Counted from the first letter of the stretch, positions 36,290 through 50,369 are shown. The stretch: 64,000 bases of DNA from Octopus sinensis (GCF_006345805.1 NC_043006.1:1922001-1986000), one strand, 5' to 3'. Numbers and translations are program-made. Notes: generated from the letters alone by a model not told the origin.

Positions 36290-37150
36290 TGGGCTTCTTT
36301 TAGTTTCCGTATACCAAGTCCAATCACAAAGCTTCACTCAGCCAAGGGCTGTTGCAGAAGACACTTGCTGAAGGTGTCAGAGAGAGTGAGGGAAGTGGAG
36401 AGAGACAGTTCAGTATCTGTAAAAACCATAGAAATCACCCGTAATCCAGTGAGACGTGGTTGTGTGTACTTTAGTTCCAGCAATTGCTGAAGAGGATCTC
36501 TCTTCAACTGTCCCACATAGTAATACAGGAAAAAAAAAATACCAGAAAGTTTATATACAGTTACAAGTGACAACCAAAGAAGAACATTATATATGTGTGT
36601 TTGGGTGTATGTGTGTGAGAGTGTATATATACATACACACATACACATACATATTTATATAAATGTACATACACACATAAATATACATGTATACATATAA
36701 ATATTCACATAGCTATGTATGTGTGGGTGTGCAAGTTTATGTATATAATAGGCCCAGGAGTGGCTGTTTGATAAGTAGCTTGCTTACCAGCCACATGGTT
36801 CCGGGTTCATTCCCACTGCGTAGCACCTTGGGCAAGTGTCTTCGACTATAGCCTCGGGCCGACCAAAGCCTTGTGAGTGGATTTGGTAAATGGAAACTGA
36901 AAGAAGCCTGTCGTGTATATATATATATATATATATATATGTGCATATGTTTGTGTCTTTGTTTGTCCCCCAACATCATTGACAACCGATGGTGGTGTGT
37001 TTACACCCCCATAACTTAGTGGTTCGGCAAAAGAGACAGATAGAATAAGTACTAGGCTTCCAAAGAATAAGTTCTGAGGTCGATTTGCTCGACTAAAGGC
37101 GGTGCTCCAGCATGGCCACAGTCAAATGACTGAAACAAGTAAGAGTAAAA
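34680..37150. mobile_element. SINE D copies at 34680-34990 (-), 35995-36375 (-) and 36752-37150 (+)
   Basis: Homology to 25763-26215. Confidence 0.8.
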
Positions 37151-37849
37151 GAGTAATATGTGTGTTTGTGTGTGTATGTATGTATGTATGTATATATATA
37201 TATATATATACATACATATATATATGTACACACATACATACAATATACACCATCGTCTTTGATCCGTGCTAACATGGGTTTGACAGTTTGGCAGGATCTG
37301 ATGTGTCCAAGGACTTCATTGTGCTCCAATATCTCTTTTGGCTTGGTCTGTATGGCTGAATGCCCTTCCTAATGTCAAACACTTTACAGTATGTACTGGG
37401 TGCTTTTTTCCATGCTACTTGCACTATTGAGGTTGCCATGCTGCTCACAGAACTTGAAACCCTGTGGTGGTGGTTCAGCCTCATGCTAGGGGATGAGGAG
37501 GTTGAACGAGAAAAGGGGGCTGTGCAGGCTCTTGTAGAGAATCGACATAATTATTCACAGCTAGTAGGGGAAAGGGAGAGAAAGAGAAAATGAACAGTAG
37601 GGGCCACAAGAGATACAGGGAATGAGGTACCTTGGTTACCCCACAGGCCACAGAGTGAGTTTTAAGTATCAGTTTGCAAGATTGCATGGGAAGGAGAATG
37701 AAGAAACGAAGAGAGGCCGACTACCAGAATGGGTAGCATTGAAGGGTGGATGAACAAGGAGCCATGGATCGGGGGGGGGGATAAAAGGAATCAGAAGAGA
37801 GTAATGGGGTGGTGACAAGTAGCATTAAGAAGATCAGCATCAGATGGAG

Positions 37850-39200
37850 GACAAGAGAGAGAGAGAGGCAGGACATTGTTGGTAGTCTGCAGGAGTCAGG
37901 GAGGGTGGAAAAGGGGTATGCCTAATGCATGGGTGGGGGTAGGGGGCAGTCACTGTAACAGGGGTGCAGAGCACAATACATATCACTTCTAGAACTCTTT
38001 TGCTGAAGAGGGTAAGTCTTTTTGAAAATCTCATATTGCCAGAGATCTGGGTCCTTCATCATTTCCTCCATCAGCCTCAGAGTCCTGAGGTCGGCCTCAG
38101 CCACTTCATCCCAGGTTACAACTTTCTTCATCTATACGCATCACATATCTATACCGGTACAATTTTCTTTCTTGCACGCAACATCTGATTCTTCTTATGC
38201 CCAGTTTTTCACTCAACACCTTTGTACTAATTCTTCCACGTACACTCATGCTTCACATCCAACAAAGCATACTTACTTCATTTCTTTCCAGTCTTCTCAG
38301 GTCCTCTACATTCAAGGCCCATCTTTCATACCACCCAGCATTGCAGTTTTAACACTAGCACCATAGACTTCTGCCCTTTACTCTTGTAGAAAAGATCTTC
38401 CGCTGTTATCAGTGCTAGTAGCTCCCTGAACTATCAGTTCTCACTTGAGCTACTTCACTTTCAGAACAATCACTTCTCTTGCTAATTACATCCCCTTGCT
38501 AACAAAAGCTATCAACTATTTCTAGTGAGCCATCTGGGCATTTAAGAGAATCACTTTCTCATGTGCTTCTATGAACTGTTCCGGTGCAGTTATTGCATAT
38601 GAAACTTACATTTCTGGATAGTCTGCTAGTAATTGCACTAAATCTCTTGTGTGTCCATAACTTACACCGAGAACAGTATATAGAGTTTATACTAATTTGT
38701 TTTTGACATATCAAGTAAAGCCATTTCCCTGAAGGTACCAGGGTTTTGCCTTCTTTCCTACTTACAGAAACCTTTGTCTTTGCTAGGTTTACCTTAAGGT
38801 CTCTCAATTTCAGGTTTAGCTTCCATGCCTGGAATTTCTTCTCTAATTCCCCTATAGATTCAGCTGTGAGAACTGTTATCAGCACATAGGAGTTTCCTTG
38901 GACAGCCAGTCTTAAACTCCATTGTGATGGCTTGTAGCATAAATAAGAGAGGAGTGAGGACTGAACCCTGGACTCCAACTTCCATGCTAAATTCATCACT
39001 AAAGCCATTGCCAACTCTCACTTTACTGCATCCTGGTTTCCTCAGTAACCATCAGAAAACTGAACGTGGTACCCTGTCAAATGCTAAATCAATGAAAGCC
39101 AGGTATAGTGGTTTATTCTTACCCAGGTATTTCTCTTGTTGTTACTACACTAGGAAGATTGCATCTCATCCAAGACTACTCATCACAGATCAACTGAGCT
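37850..39200 (-). mobile_element. Old RTE LINE relic (RT to 3' end)
   Basis: Decayed DAIFLV..QEKYLGKNKPLYLAFID, AESIGELEKKFQAWK, KLWTHKR, TWDEVAEADL. Confidence 0.8.
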
Positions 39201-39359
39201 AAGACTTTCTCTCTGATCTTCCTAACTTGATCCTGGTGTTTAATTCCTCCGTATATCTATTATACATTTACACTTAAGTAGGGGCGCTAACCTAACCCAA
39301 CCCGAAATCAGATCAGGTCCTTTCACAGAGTAGAATTGGTTTGCTTCATTATTACAACT

Positions 39360-39685
39360 TATATATAGGGGAGCACTCCGTCGGTTACAACGATGAAGGT
39401 CCCGGCTGATCTGATCAACGGAACAGCCTGCTTGTGAAATTAACGTGCAAGTGACTGAGCAATCCACAGACAAGTGTACCCCTAATGTAGTTCTCAGGAA
39501 AATTCAGCGTGACACAGTGTGTGACAAGGCCAGCCCTTTGAATTACAGCCACAACTCATTTTTGCCAGCTGAGTGGACTGGAGCAATGTGAAATAAAGTG
39601 TCTTGCTCAAGGACACAACGCGTCACCGGGAATTGAATCACAATCGTGAGCTGAATGCCCTAACCACTAAGCCGCGCACCTTCAC
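39360..39685 (-). mobile_element. SINE B, full length
   Basis: Reverse of the gaaggtgcgcggcttagtggttagggcattc head through the ggagtgctcccc tail. Confidence 0.8.
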
Positions 39686-40194
39686 AACTTATGTGTATAT
39701 ATATATATATATATGATATATATATATATATATATATATGATGTATTACAATATACATATACCTGTGCACATACACTTATGCTTAAATCATCACGTAATG
39801 TCCACTTCTCCATGGTTGCATGAGTTAGATAGAATTTGTTGAGGCAGATTTTCTATGGCCACATGTCCTTCCTGTCACCAATCCTCAGCATAATATTTCC
39901 ATATGGCCAGACGGTTTTGTTCCATGGAAGACTGGACACAAAACAGCATTGCTTGTGAGACTGTGAAGCTCTTTTACAACAGTTCCATGATGTCAAAACA
40001 AGAGTACCCTATGTACAAACAACTCACACACACATATATATGTGATGGGTTTCTTTATCAATTTCCATCTTCCGAACCCACTCACGAGGTTTTGGTCAGC
40101 ATAGGGCTTTAGTTGAAGACAATTGTTGCCATGCAGTAGGACTGAACCTGACACCACATGGTTGGGAAGCAAACTTCTTGGTCATACTTTCTGT

Positions 40195-40480
40195 GGCTTA
40201 GTGATTAGGGTATTCAGCACATGATCATGAGGTTGTGAGTTCAATTCCCAGCAACACATTCTGTTTTTGAGCAAGACACTTTATTTCACATTGCCCCAGT
40301 CCACTCGGCTGGCAAAACTGAGTTGTACCTGTATTTCAAAGGGCCAGCTTTGTCATGTTCTGTGTCACGCTGGATCTCCTTGAGAACTACATTAAGAGTT
40401 ACGTGTCTGTGGAATGCTCAGCCACTTGCATGTTAATTTCATGATCAGATCAAGTGGAACCCTTGTTGTTGTAACTGCCA
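40195..40480 (+). mobile_element. SINE B copy
   Basis: gtggcttagtgattagggtattc...gagttcaattccc...tttcaaagggccag. Confidence 0.75.
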
Positions 40481-41049
40481 GTTGTGAGTATAGACATACA
40501 TGTATGTGTGTGTGTGTGTGTGTGTATAAACTTTTACAAGCAAGGTTGACAGTTGCTTTGAAGTTTTGGCTTACTTACCTGCATCAAAGAATCTGATGGA
40601 AGCATGCAAGCTGAAACTTTGAAGTCTCTGCTGACCGTTTCCTTTTAACAATGACAGAAAACTCTGCATGCGATAGATTCTCTCAAATACCCAAGAAGGT
40701 CCTTAAAGGTAGTGGAAAGGTTCTGTTACCTTGCAGACTTAATCAACTCTGGAAGCGGATGTTCTAAAAGTCCAGTCCCTGGAATAAGAACAGGTTGCAG
40801 AATGGTGAGGGAGCTATTGCCTCTGTTAGTAACAAAAGGTTTCTTATTTTTGGTGATAGGAAATTCATCCAACTGTGCAAACCAAGCCAAAACGGAAATG
40901 CACAAGTGTGGGTTTGTCCTCTGTTCTGTCTAGGAGGGTAGTAACTACAAACGAGAATGTTGTCATAGGTTCAGTCCCACTACACGGCACCGAATCTATC
41001 TACCTTCCTTTATGTGCATATGCACATGTATAATATATATATATATGCT

Positions 41050-41245
41050 TAATCCAAACATGAAAACACAACAACGTGAGGACGTGGAACAAGTATAGTA
41101 TTATTGGACGCTCAGGAAAGGAAAGGAAAGGAGGAGGATTTAACGTTTCAAGGGGAGCTCTTCGTCGGAAACATAGGAGAAGGAAAGATCCAAGAAAGGG
41201 AAGACGGAGAGAAAAAAATCGCCAACGATACACACGTGGTCACAT
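41050..41245 (-). mobile_element. PLE-type terminal repeat fragment carrying a decayed hammerhead
   Basis: Minus strand GTTT CCGACGA A GAGCTCCCCTT GAAA CGTT AAAT; abuts (TA)n. Confidence 0.5.
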
Positions 41246-42409
41246 GTGTATATTTTAAAGAGCTTTTACTCAGTTTCCATCTACCAAATTTCACTATTTT
41301 ATTCATAGGGTCTTGATTAATCTGAGATCATAGAAGAATATACTTGTTGATGCTGCTGCACACTGGGACCAAACCCCAGACTATTTGAGTACATCGAAAC
41401 CTGTGTGTGTGTGTGGTTGGTGTTAGGAATGGCATCTAGCCATAAAAACCATGCCAAATGCAAACAGTGGAGCTGGGTGCAGTTTTCTAACTTGCCAGCT
41501 TCAATTAAATCATCCGACTCCTGCTAGCATGGAAAACGTACGTTAAATGACGACAACGGAGAGGAATATATAGATATAATTGGCATGGCTATGTGAAAAG
41601 AAGTTTGGTTCCCAACCATATGGTTTTGGACTCGGTCCCACTGTGTGCAACCCTGGGCAAGTGTTTTCTACTATAAACCAAGGGCTGACCACAATTTTGT
41701 TTTAGTTGATTTGGTCGACAGAAAACGAAAGTAACCTGTTTGTGTGTATTTAAGTGTATTACTGTCTCCTTGCTTTGACTTTGTGTGATGGCTGTAAACG
41801 AGTGTCACCGCTATGCAAATTGTGTACCTTGCTCCCGAAAATGTCCTTGAAAACATGTCTGGGGGACATGGGGAAGTATTACCTTATTTGGAAACAGGCG
41901 AGGAATAGTGACAGGAAGGACCTCTGGCCATAGAAAAATCTGCTTCAACGCATTATATACGTATGTGTATATAATATATATAATGCATATATAATATATA
42001 TACACATATAAAATTCATAGAATATAAGAGTATCTGTGCACATATATAATATATGTGCGTGTGTGTAAATATATATATATATGTATATCTATCTACATGT
42101 GCATGTATATATATTTATGAATATGCTTTTCCGCATGGTTTCTCTATCTCTACACACGTTATCACATGTCAATCCTTCCCATTGTTTTGGGTCGGTTAAT
42201 TGTCAAACTGGCTAGAATCCCTGTTGATCAGCCAACGACCTTCCAAACTGACCCCCACCTCTCTCTCTCTTTCTCTCTCACGATTTTGAATTCTCTCACG
42301 TTCTATCTCCATTCTGTCAATCTTTTCGGGATGGCTTGAAATCACTTTAACGAACGACCAGCAAAATCAACTCCTGTTGGAGTGAGACTTAGGATATTAT
42401 GATTGATTT

Positions 42410-42620
42410 CAAATTTTGGCACAAGGCCTGTAATTTCGGGAGGAGGGGATACGTCGATTACATCAACCTCACTGTTCAACTGGCACTTATTTTATCGACC
42501 TCGAAAGGATGAAAGGCAAGGTTGACTGTGGCGAAATTTGAATTCAGAACATACAGACGGACGAAATGTTGCTTAGCATTTTGTCTGGCATGCTAACGAT
42601 TCTGCCAACCAGCCGCCTTT
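42410..42620 (-). mobile_element. SINE A
   Basis: Homology to family A. Confidence 0.8.
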
Positions 42621-43910
42621 CAGAAGAATATTGTTCATATTAACAATGGTATGGCATAACTACAGATTAGTGCCCCTTGACAACTTTGGTTTCCTCACAC
42701 CTTTCTTAATGATACATGATTTAGTGAAATACGTTTTTAAGTCGTACAGGGCGATTATATTGAAGAATGTTTTTATTTATTAGGAAGGAGATTTCATTTT
42801 TATTCAGAAACTGACATTATTCTGATTGATATTATTCAGTATGAATTTCTAATTGGAAGACACGCAAAAAAAAAAAAAACAAAAAAAAAAAAAAGGTTTA
42901 CTTATTTACATAATACAAATCGAAAGTATTTAGTAATAGCACTTTCGGTTTGTAATAGGGTGAATGTAAACTTGGAATTTTTTGTTTCGCCTTCCAATTC
43001 AGTCGAGGTAAATTATGATCAATGCAAATGATCACGAACAAATTATTAAGTGGTTAAAATGGTTATAGATATCTTTTCTCAGAAAAAAAAAAGACATCAA
43101 CGTACATCTAAAACGTACCTGCAAAATTTAATGAAAAAATATGCGTTATAAAGGAAGTTATGAGGATGTAAAATCGGATATGAAGTGGGGCATGAAACCG
43201 TAGTTATATGATATCTATACTAATTATTAGAACTTATTATTTTTTATTAATAATGATAATAATTCACCACAAAGCTCACGCCTACAACTACAGTGAACGT
43301 TAAACAAAGGGTCTAGAACACATGTGGAGCGATACATATATATATAAAAGGGGTACTATTTATTATATACATAAAAGGGGTACTATTTAAGAAGAGTGGT
43401 CCGCTATAAAAGGAGGAGGGTAGAGAAGTTATACAACGGGTTGAAAGTTTTGTAATATAACATAAAAATGAATAGAAATGTAAATAAGAAACAACTAATG
43501 ACTAAAACACGATATCATTAAAAGAATAAATAGGTCACCTAAATTGAGTCCCAGTACCCTCCCATTCTCCGCTCATCGTCCCTCCCCATCATAGGTAGGC
43601 GAGTAAAAAAAAGGGCCACGTGTAGATTGTTGTTTACAACTTAGAATTTGCAAAACATGAAAAATAACTTTGACGATCAGCTTGCCTGTCTCTGAAGTTT
43701 TCCTAAATGTCTTTTCTGTAATTCGTTGAGCTCACCCCTTGTCTTGGTTATTTTCTGTGCCCCGCGCAATAAAAACCGTATCAGTCGCGTTGGGCCCTCC
43801 TCGCCTTGAAATTTTGTTTTAGTTGCCCTTACACTTAGGACGCTTTCATTTCTATTATTATTAACCACAAAAGCCCAGTCGAATAAAAGTACAAAAATCA
43901 AGCAACGAGG

Positions 43911-44106
43911 GGTACTACTTGAGAACAGCGGTCCCGGTGCGCGCACTAGCGTAATCGCGCATCCGCCTTAGCTAGTCGTGACTAGTCGATCCTACAACGA
44001 CTAACTAGCAAAGTAAATAAAACGCAAAATCACAAAGTAAGGATCGACTAGTCACCACCAGCTAGCGCGGATGCGCGCACCGGGACCACTGTTCTCAAGT
44101 AGTACC
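43911..44106. mobile_element. Merlin-like MITE
   Basis: ~70-bp TIRs starting GGTAC (fits GGNRM); perfect 8-bp TSD caacgagg at 43903-10 and 44107-14. Confidence 0.75.
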
Positions 44107-45264
44107 CAACGAGGAACAACAAAAGGCTTTATAATGTTAAGAGATACCCGTTATATTTCGGGTGGGAGTTGATTAACTAAAACTTCCAACATTTGACTTA
44201 TTTTATCGAACATCGGCAGCAACGACCGTAAGACTGTATAAAATGGGACATTCTAGTTGGAAATGGTTTTGTGGGTCTTGGAGACACACGTATGTTGCGA
44301 GATGGGGTAGGGTTAATATTACACAACAGCTGCAATTAAAATTGATGTTAACTCTGCTACAAATATACAAAAAAAAAAAAAAGGTTATCACGCACATAAA
44401 CAAGAATACAAACACAGGTGTGTGTATGTATATATAACACAGGTGTGTGTGTGTAGGTGCGTGCGTGCGTGCATGATAACCTTTTTTATGCTTGTGGCGG
44501 AGTTAATTAACATCTGTTTTAATTGTGTTGTCTAATATTAACCGTATCCCGTTTTGGTGTCATAGACCCACAAATCGTTTCTATCTAGTATGCTTTATTT
44601 GTGTGTGTGTGTGTGTGTGTTATGTATGTATATTATACTGAATAATATCAATCAGAATAATAATAATGTCCGAGTTTCCGAGTAAAAAAAAAAAAAATTC
44701 CCTTTCCCACAAAATAAAAAAAAAACTTTCATCAATATAATCGTCCTGTACGACTTAGAAAATTATATTTCTGCAAAATTTCACAAGAAAAGGTGTGAGG
44801 AAACAAAGTCGGCATGGGGCACCAATCTTCTGTAGTTGTGCCATACCATTGTTTAAACACTATTCTGAGCCTGAATTCAACTGGAGTTGATTTTGTTCAT
44901 CGTTCGCTGAAGTGATTTCAAGCCAACCCAGATGACTGGGATTAGATCCGACATAAGACAGAACCAGTAGAGCGCCAGGCTAAATAAATACATTTACAAC
45001 ATTTAATTCTCTTAACATTTCGTGATCAAATCACCTCCAGGTTGGCTTTGCATTTCATTTTCCTGGGGGTCCGATAAAATAAAAATACTTTTCAGGTCAA
45101 TGAATTTAGTTACATTTCTCGTCCAAGTTGCAAAAAATCGTTATTACATTCTTCTGGGTACGATAAAAATAATAAGGTACCAGTTGGGGACTGGGAAGAG
45201 GAAGGTACGGTTTAATTTCCAATTTAAACCGTACCTCCCAAAATGCGTGGCTTTGAACCTCGGT

Positions 45265-46504
45265 GAGAGGCTGGCAGAATTGTTAGCTCATCGGATCAAA
45301 TGCTTAGCAGTATTTCTTCCGACTCCTTATGTTCTGAGTTCAAATTCCGCCGAAGTAAACTTTGTCTTTCATCCTTTCGGGATCGATAAAATAAAGTACC
45401 AGTCAAGTAATGGAATTGCTGTAATCGTCTAACCCTCTCCTTTCAAAATTGCTGATTTTGTGCCAAAACGAGAAAGAATTATTAATATTATTATTGGCAG
45501 AATTGATAAAGTGACGGAGAAAATGCTTTGCAGTGTTGTTTACCTTTTATCATGTGCAGGTTGACATTGTTCTTCATTCCTTTGGGGTCGATAAAGTGAG
45601 TACTAGGGCCTCACATTTGACGCCGCGTGTCTCAATATCACATCATTTGCTTTTGGTCCCAAGGTCAGCTTTGATCGAACAGCCCTAAGATGGAATCTGC
45701 TCCAACTGTATCCCTCTATCTCTTTCTGTCTACGAGGATTAATTTGTTCAATAAATATCTTTTATTTAATACAGTAGGACGGTACGATTCGATGGAGTTT
45801 TGGTTATTATTTCTAGTATTCGAGCGAGCACGAAGATGCTCCCTCGTTCAGGTAAGCTGGGATTGCATGTGATGGTGCTGCTCGAATAACTATATATGGT
45901 TGCACTTCTAACAGAAGAGACTGTGAAGGGGGCTCATAAGCCGAACTCCTGCTTTAGCAGGTAAAAATGGCCTTCAAACTCACCTGTTTCTTGCCCTATA
46001 TTCATTTAAAAAAAAATTATATTATATAATATACGTGTTTACAGTTTTCTATTTATTAATGTCATTATTGTTGATATTGTACAAATTCCATCCAAGTTGA
46101 CTTTGCCGTTTATCCTTTTCGAGGTTGATGGAATCGGTACCAGTTGAATGTACGGGGGTTGATGTAATCAACCGGAATACTCAACCCCCAAATCAGGTCC
46201 TGAACCTGTTGTAGAAGGGATTAATTATTGTTGACTTCTTCTTCTACTACATACATACACACGCACCTACAGTTGTATGTACAAATCACAGGACGCAAAC
46301 CAGAGTCAGAACTGAAATAAACCTGAATGTTATAAAGCTTCGCTGTAAGATTAAATAAGAATGTGAAAGAATTCTCTTCATTCTTTTGATGTGCAAGAAA
46401 AAGAAAAAAGGAGGGAGTTTCCTGACTGAAAGTTTTATAGTTGTTGAACGCTCCTCGGAGAAGACGTTCCCAGCTTCCTTCGCTATTCTGTAGGATAGAT
46501 CCTG

Positions 46505-46572
<68 letters not shown>

Positions 46573-46840
46573 GTATGCATACGTGTATAAACACACATGC
46601 CAACTCGTCGCCTTTGACCTACTTATAATAATAATAATTATTATTATTTCAAATTTTTGTCACAAGGGCAGCTTTGGGCGAGGTTGGCATGAGTCGATTA
46701 CTGGTACTTATTTTATCGACCTTGAAAGGATGAAGAGCAAAGTCGACCTCAGCGGAATTCGAACTCGGAACGTAGCTACGAGCGACATACTGCTAAGCGT
46801 TTCGTCCAGTGTGCTGACGACTCTGCCAGTTCACCGCCTT
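45265..46840. mobile_element. SINE A copies and fragments (45265-45480 +, 45490-45600 +, 46060-46220 +, 46690-46840 -)
   Basis: Family A homology. Confidence 0.75.
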
Positions 46841-47293
46841 TAATAACAACAACAACGGTTCCCTTATTTTCTAAGGGTCCATCAGGTGGAGACAGTACAT
46901 GAACGAATTCCTAAAACAAGCAATGCATGCAGGTACATTCGTCCGTCCATCCGTTCCTCTGCCTGTCTTGATACGAGACATGAACATACAAATGCTTGGT
47001 TTTTATGTTCAGATATAATAAAAATTTGTTTACATTAATTTGATGGGTTATTCTACACTTTTATAGAGTAGAAATTTATTCTAAAAGAATATTATTGGCA
47101 GTAACCTCGAATCGAAGTCCCTGGCCAATACTTAATTTTATCTAGCGGATCTTTTCAATCACAGTCAGATTTATTTATTAACCTTTTTTTTTAACATTCA
47201 AACAGTATCCGAACTTTCAAACTGCTTTAAAAAAAATTAATTAAAAAATCTGTGACTGAGATTGGAAAGATCCGATCTAGCTGTAAATATATA

Positions 47294-47492
47294 CGAGGTT
47301 GGTACTGAAAAGTTCCTTGTTTTGGATATAAAAAAAACATAGGAGGATCAGTTAATTATTCAATATGTTCCCCTCGCAGGTTCACACACTTATTGCAGCG
47401 GTCCTTCAGTTTTTCTAAGCCCTGTATTAGAACTCGGAAGGTTGGGCCTTTCGCGGCACCCTTAAAGCCAGGAACTTTTCAGCACCCCCTCG
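47294..47492. mobile_element. Tc1/mariner-type MITE
   Basis: TA|cgagg..tactgaaaagttcc ... ggaacttttcagcaccccctcg; second copy at 58343-58555. Confidence 0.8.
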
Positions 47493-47496
47493 TGTG

Positions 47497-47529
<33 letters not shown>

Positions 47530-48747
47530 TATAGCTCTGAATAAAATTGTTTTAGATAATCACGGAAGTTACGAAGTGACTCAGGAGCTAAGAATTTCGT
47601 AGCGTGTGGCTCTCATAAGTACCCGAGCACGAAGCAAGTACCCGTGCACGAAACTTGCTGATATAATAAGATCTCAGTTGTTTACTGCTGCTGGGGGGAT
47701 ACAAGCTGAGACTTGATCAAACCCAGCTGGGTCAACCGGGCGAGGGAGCCTGATGTTGAAAGACCCAAAGCCCCCACTGGGACCCCAGAAACATCACTGA
47801 CGATGCATCCCACCGTACACGCAGCACGGTTCTATCAACATAGTCGCAGTCGTTCGTTCGTCTATTGTCTCCACGTGGTGTGGCAGCCTTTAGAAAACGA
47901 AGCAACCGTTAGTATTATTAACATCGTCATTCATATTAGTATCATATTGAAATAGGTTGTATAATGAGATCATTATTCCTATTATCCTTCTGATTTGTAA
48001 GTAAACATTTATCGCGGCTGTAAGCCTCTGTCAATGTTTGCCATGTTACTTTATATATTGTGCGAATGTTGTTGTTGTTGTTATACGCCTACACTTACCG
48101 ACACTGCCTCCTGCGTTGTCGCGCATTCTGCTAGAGATAGCAGCCAGATCTCACTCAAATCATGCTGTAATGTAGTACGAAAGGAAGTACATATTACACA
48201 ATGTAGTCCCATATATACATACATACGCACATATATATATACGCCAAGTAAGTTAGGGGTTGTGGATCCAACCCACTAAGGGATAATACTTATCCAATAT
48301 ACTATTGGTATAATACCCAAATTATTAATACACAAGTGTTTTTAATTGCAATGCAAAAAACTTACTTATTGTATTAAATGGGTGAAGGTAAAGAAATATT
48401 TTACCATTTTTCTTATTTGTTATATAAATTATATATATACATAACACGTGCAATGCAATTACATTTCCGTCATGCTCGCACACACAATTTATATTTGCAC
48501 ACCTTTTACTGTTTACTTGGTTCAATCATTGGACTGCGATTTGTTGCACGGTGAAGATTTGTGGGATATTCCAGATATTCTCCATCTGATATTCTTTAGG
48601 TGCATAGATGCACACACTTGGGTGTACATCGACAGTTCAACCATAAATATACAAGAACCAGGAACTCTCTTAACTCAAAAAATCTTGCTGCTTTGTTAGT
48701 GATCGGCTTGGTGTCTCTCAAGAAGAACTTAAATAAAACCCAAAGAA

Positions 48748-49310
48748 AACATAGGCGCAGGAGTGGCTGTATGGTTAGTAGCTTGCTTACCAACCACATG
48801 GTTCCGGGTTCAGTCCCACTGCGTGGCATCTTGGGCAAGTGTCTTCTGCTATAGCCTCGGGCCGACCAAAGCCTTGTGAATGGATTTGGTAGACGGAAAC
48901 TGAAAGAAGCCTGTCGTATATATGTATGTTTGTGTGTCTGCGTTTGTCCCCCTAGCATTGCTTGACAACCGATACTGGTGTGTTTATGTCCCCGTTACCT
49001 AGCGGTTCGGCAAAAGAGACCGATAGAATAAGTACTGGGCTTACAATAAAATAGTCCCGGGGTCGATTTCCTCGACTAAAGGCGGTGCTCCAGCATGGCC
49101 GCAGTCAAATGACTGAAACAAGTAAAAGAGTACGTGGATACAAGCATGTATGCGGCTCTTTTTCGGTTTCCGTCTACCAAATTCACTCACAAAACTTTGG
49201 ACGGCCTGAGACTATCGTAGGAGACACTTGTGCTTGTGTCATGCAGTGGGACTGAACCCGGAACCATGTGGTTGGGTAGCAAACTTTTTACCATGCAGCA
49301 CTCCTGCGCC
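48748..49310. mobile_element. Young full-length SINE D (48748-49130 +) and an opposing 5' half (49160-49310 -)
   Basis: CpG-retaining consensus-like sequence. Confidence 0.85.
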
Positions 49311-49692
49311 TGCACACACACACACACATTGTATGCATGTGTGTGTGTAATGAATATACATCCTTATAATGTCTTTTACATCTTTTCCCCATGCTGATAT
49401 GGATTGTATGGGGTCTGTTGTGACAGACTGGAACCTGTTGCAGTCATTCACATTTAATTCCACTGGTCTTCCTTCAAACACAGCAAACCCACCGACAAAT
49501 TGTTTGTGAGAGACCTGAGCACTAACACTGTTTTCATTCAGAGATGATTGTATGAAGACGCGGAAATACACATGCGCACATATTACGGGCTTCCATGCAG
49601 TTTCTTGTCTATCAAATTTCACAAGGCATCAGTTGACCGGGATTGTAGTAGAAGGTTCTTATACAAAATCCTATAGCTTATACATACATACG

Positions 49693-49863
49693 TATTTTGT
49701 GTATTAAGGCTACCATCAGTTTCATGTTAAGGAAAACCGACAATTGTGACTTTCCGTGTTTTAATCCCAAATGGATACGAACACCGATGTTCCATGTATT
49801 AAGCTTGATAATTGTTAATGTATTCCTTGACATGAAACCAATGGTAGCCTTGATACACGAATA
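49693..49863. repeat. Inverted repeat, ~41-bp arms, ~88-bp spacer
   Basis: gtgtattaaggctaccatcagtttcatgttaaggaa / ttccttgacatgaaaccaatggtagccttgatacac. Confidence 0.8.
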
Positions 49864-49937
49864 GAGAATCTTTATTCACTAATGCAGTGTGGAGAACTCT
49901 TTCTCATTGTTCATTATATATATAAATATATGACACG

Positions 49938-50064
49938 AAGAGAATATTATGAAGCGTTATACGACATTTGCAATAGTTGGTAATATATATATATATAATA
50001 TATATATATATAATGTATGTATGACCAACTATTGCAAATGTATAACGCTTCGTAAAATTCTCTT
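49938..50064. repeat. Inverted repeat, ~42-bp arms, around a (TA)n spacer
   Basis: aagagaat.ttatgaagcgttatac..atttgcaatagttggt / accaactattgcaaatgtataacgcttcgtaaaattctctt. Confidence 0.8.
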
Positions 50065-50148
50065 GCCACACTTGCTATAAATCTAGACCTCTCTCTACAT
50101 ACATATAAACTCAGAGAACGTAGTCAGTATTAATGCTTTATATAATCG

Positions 50149-50369
50149 TACACGTGTTTCGTGAGATTGACAGACGTCAATCATGTGAGCATGAAAGCCA
50201 GTTACGTGAACAAATGCTGCCATTCCCAATCGTCGGTATTACTCCGCAAAAGAACCAACTTTGCGTGTTTTTGCTGACTGATGCCGATGAATGGAAACCG
50301 GTGCATTTGTTCTCGTAACTGGCTTTTGTGCTTGTAATTGATGCTTGCAAGTCTCAAGAAACACGTGTA
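50149..50369. mobile_element. MITE with long imperfect TIRs and probable TA TSD
   Basis: TA|cacgtgtttc.tgaga ... aaagccagttacg.gaacaaatgc mirrored at the right end. Confidence 0.7.

Noticed and set aside
36440-36600. Exon-like segment (VPAIAEEDLSST... or the minus-strand reading)
   Set aside because: No convincing donor on either strand
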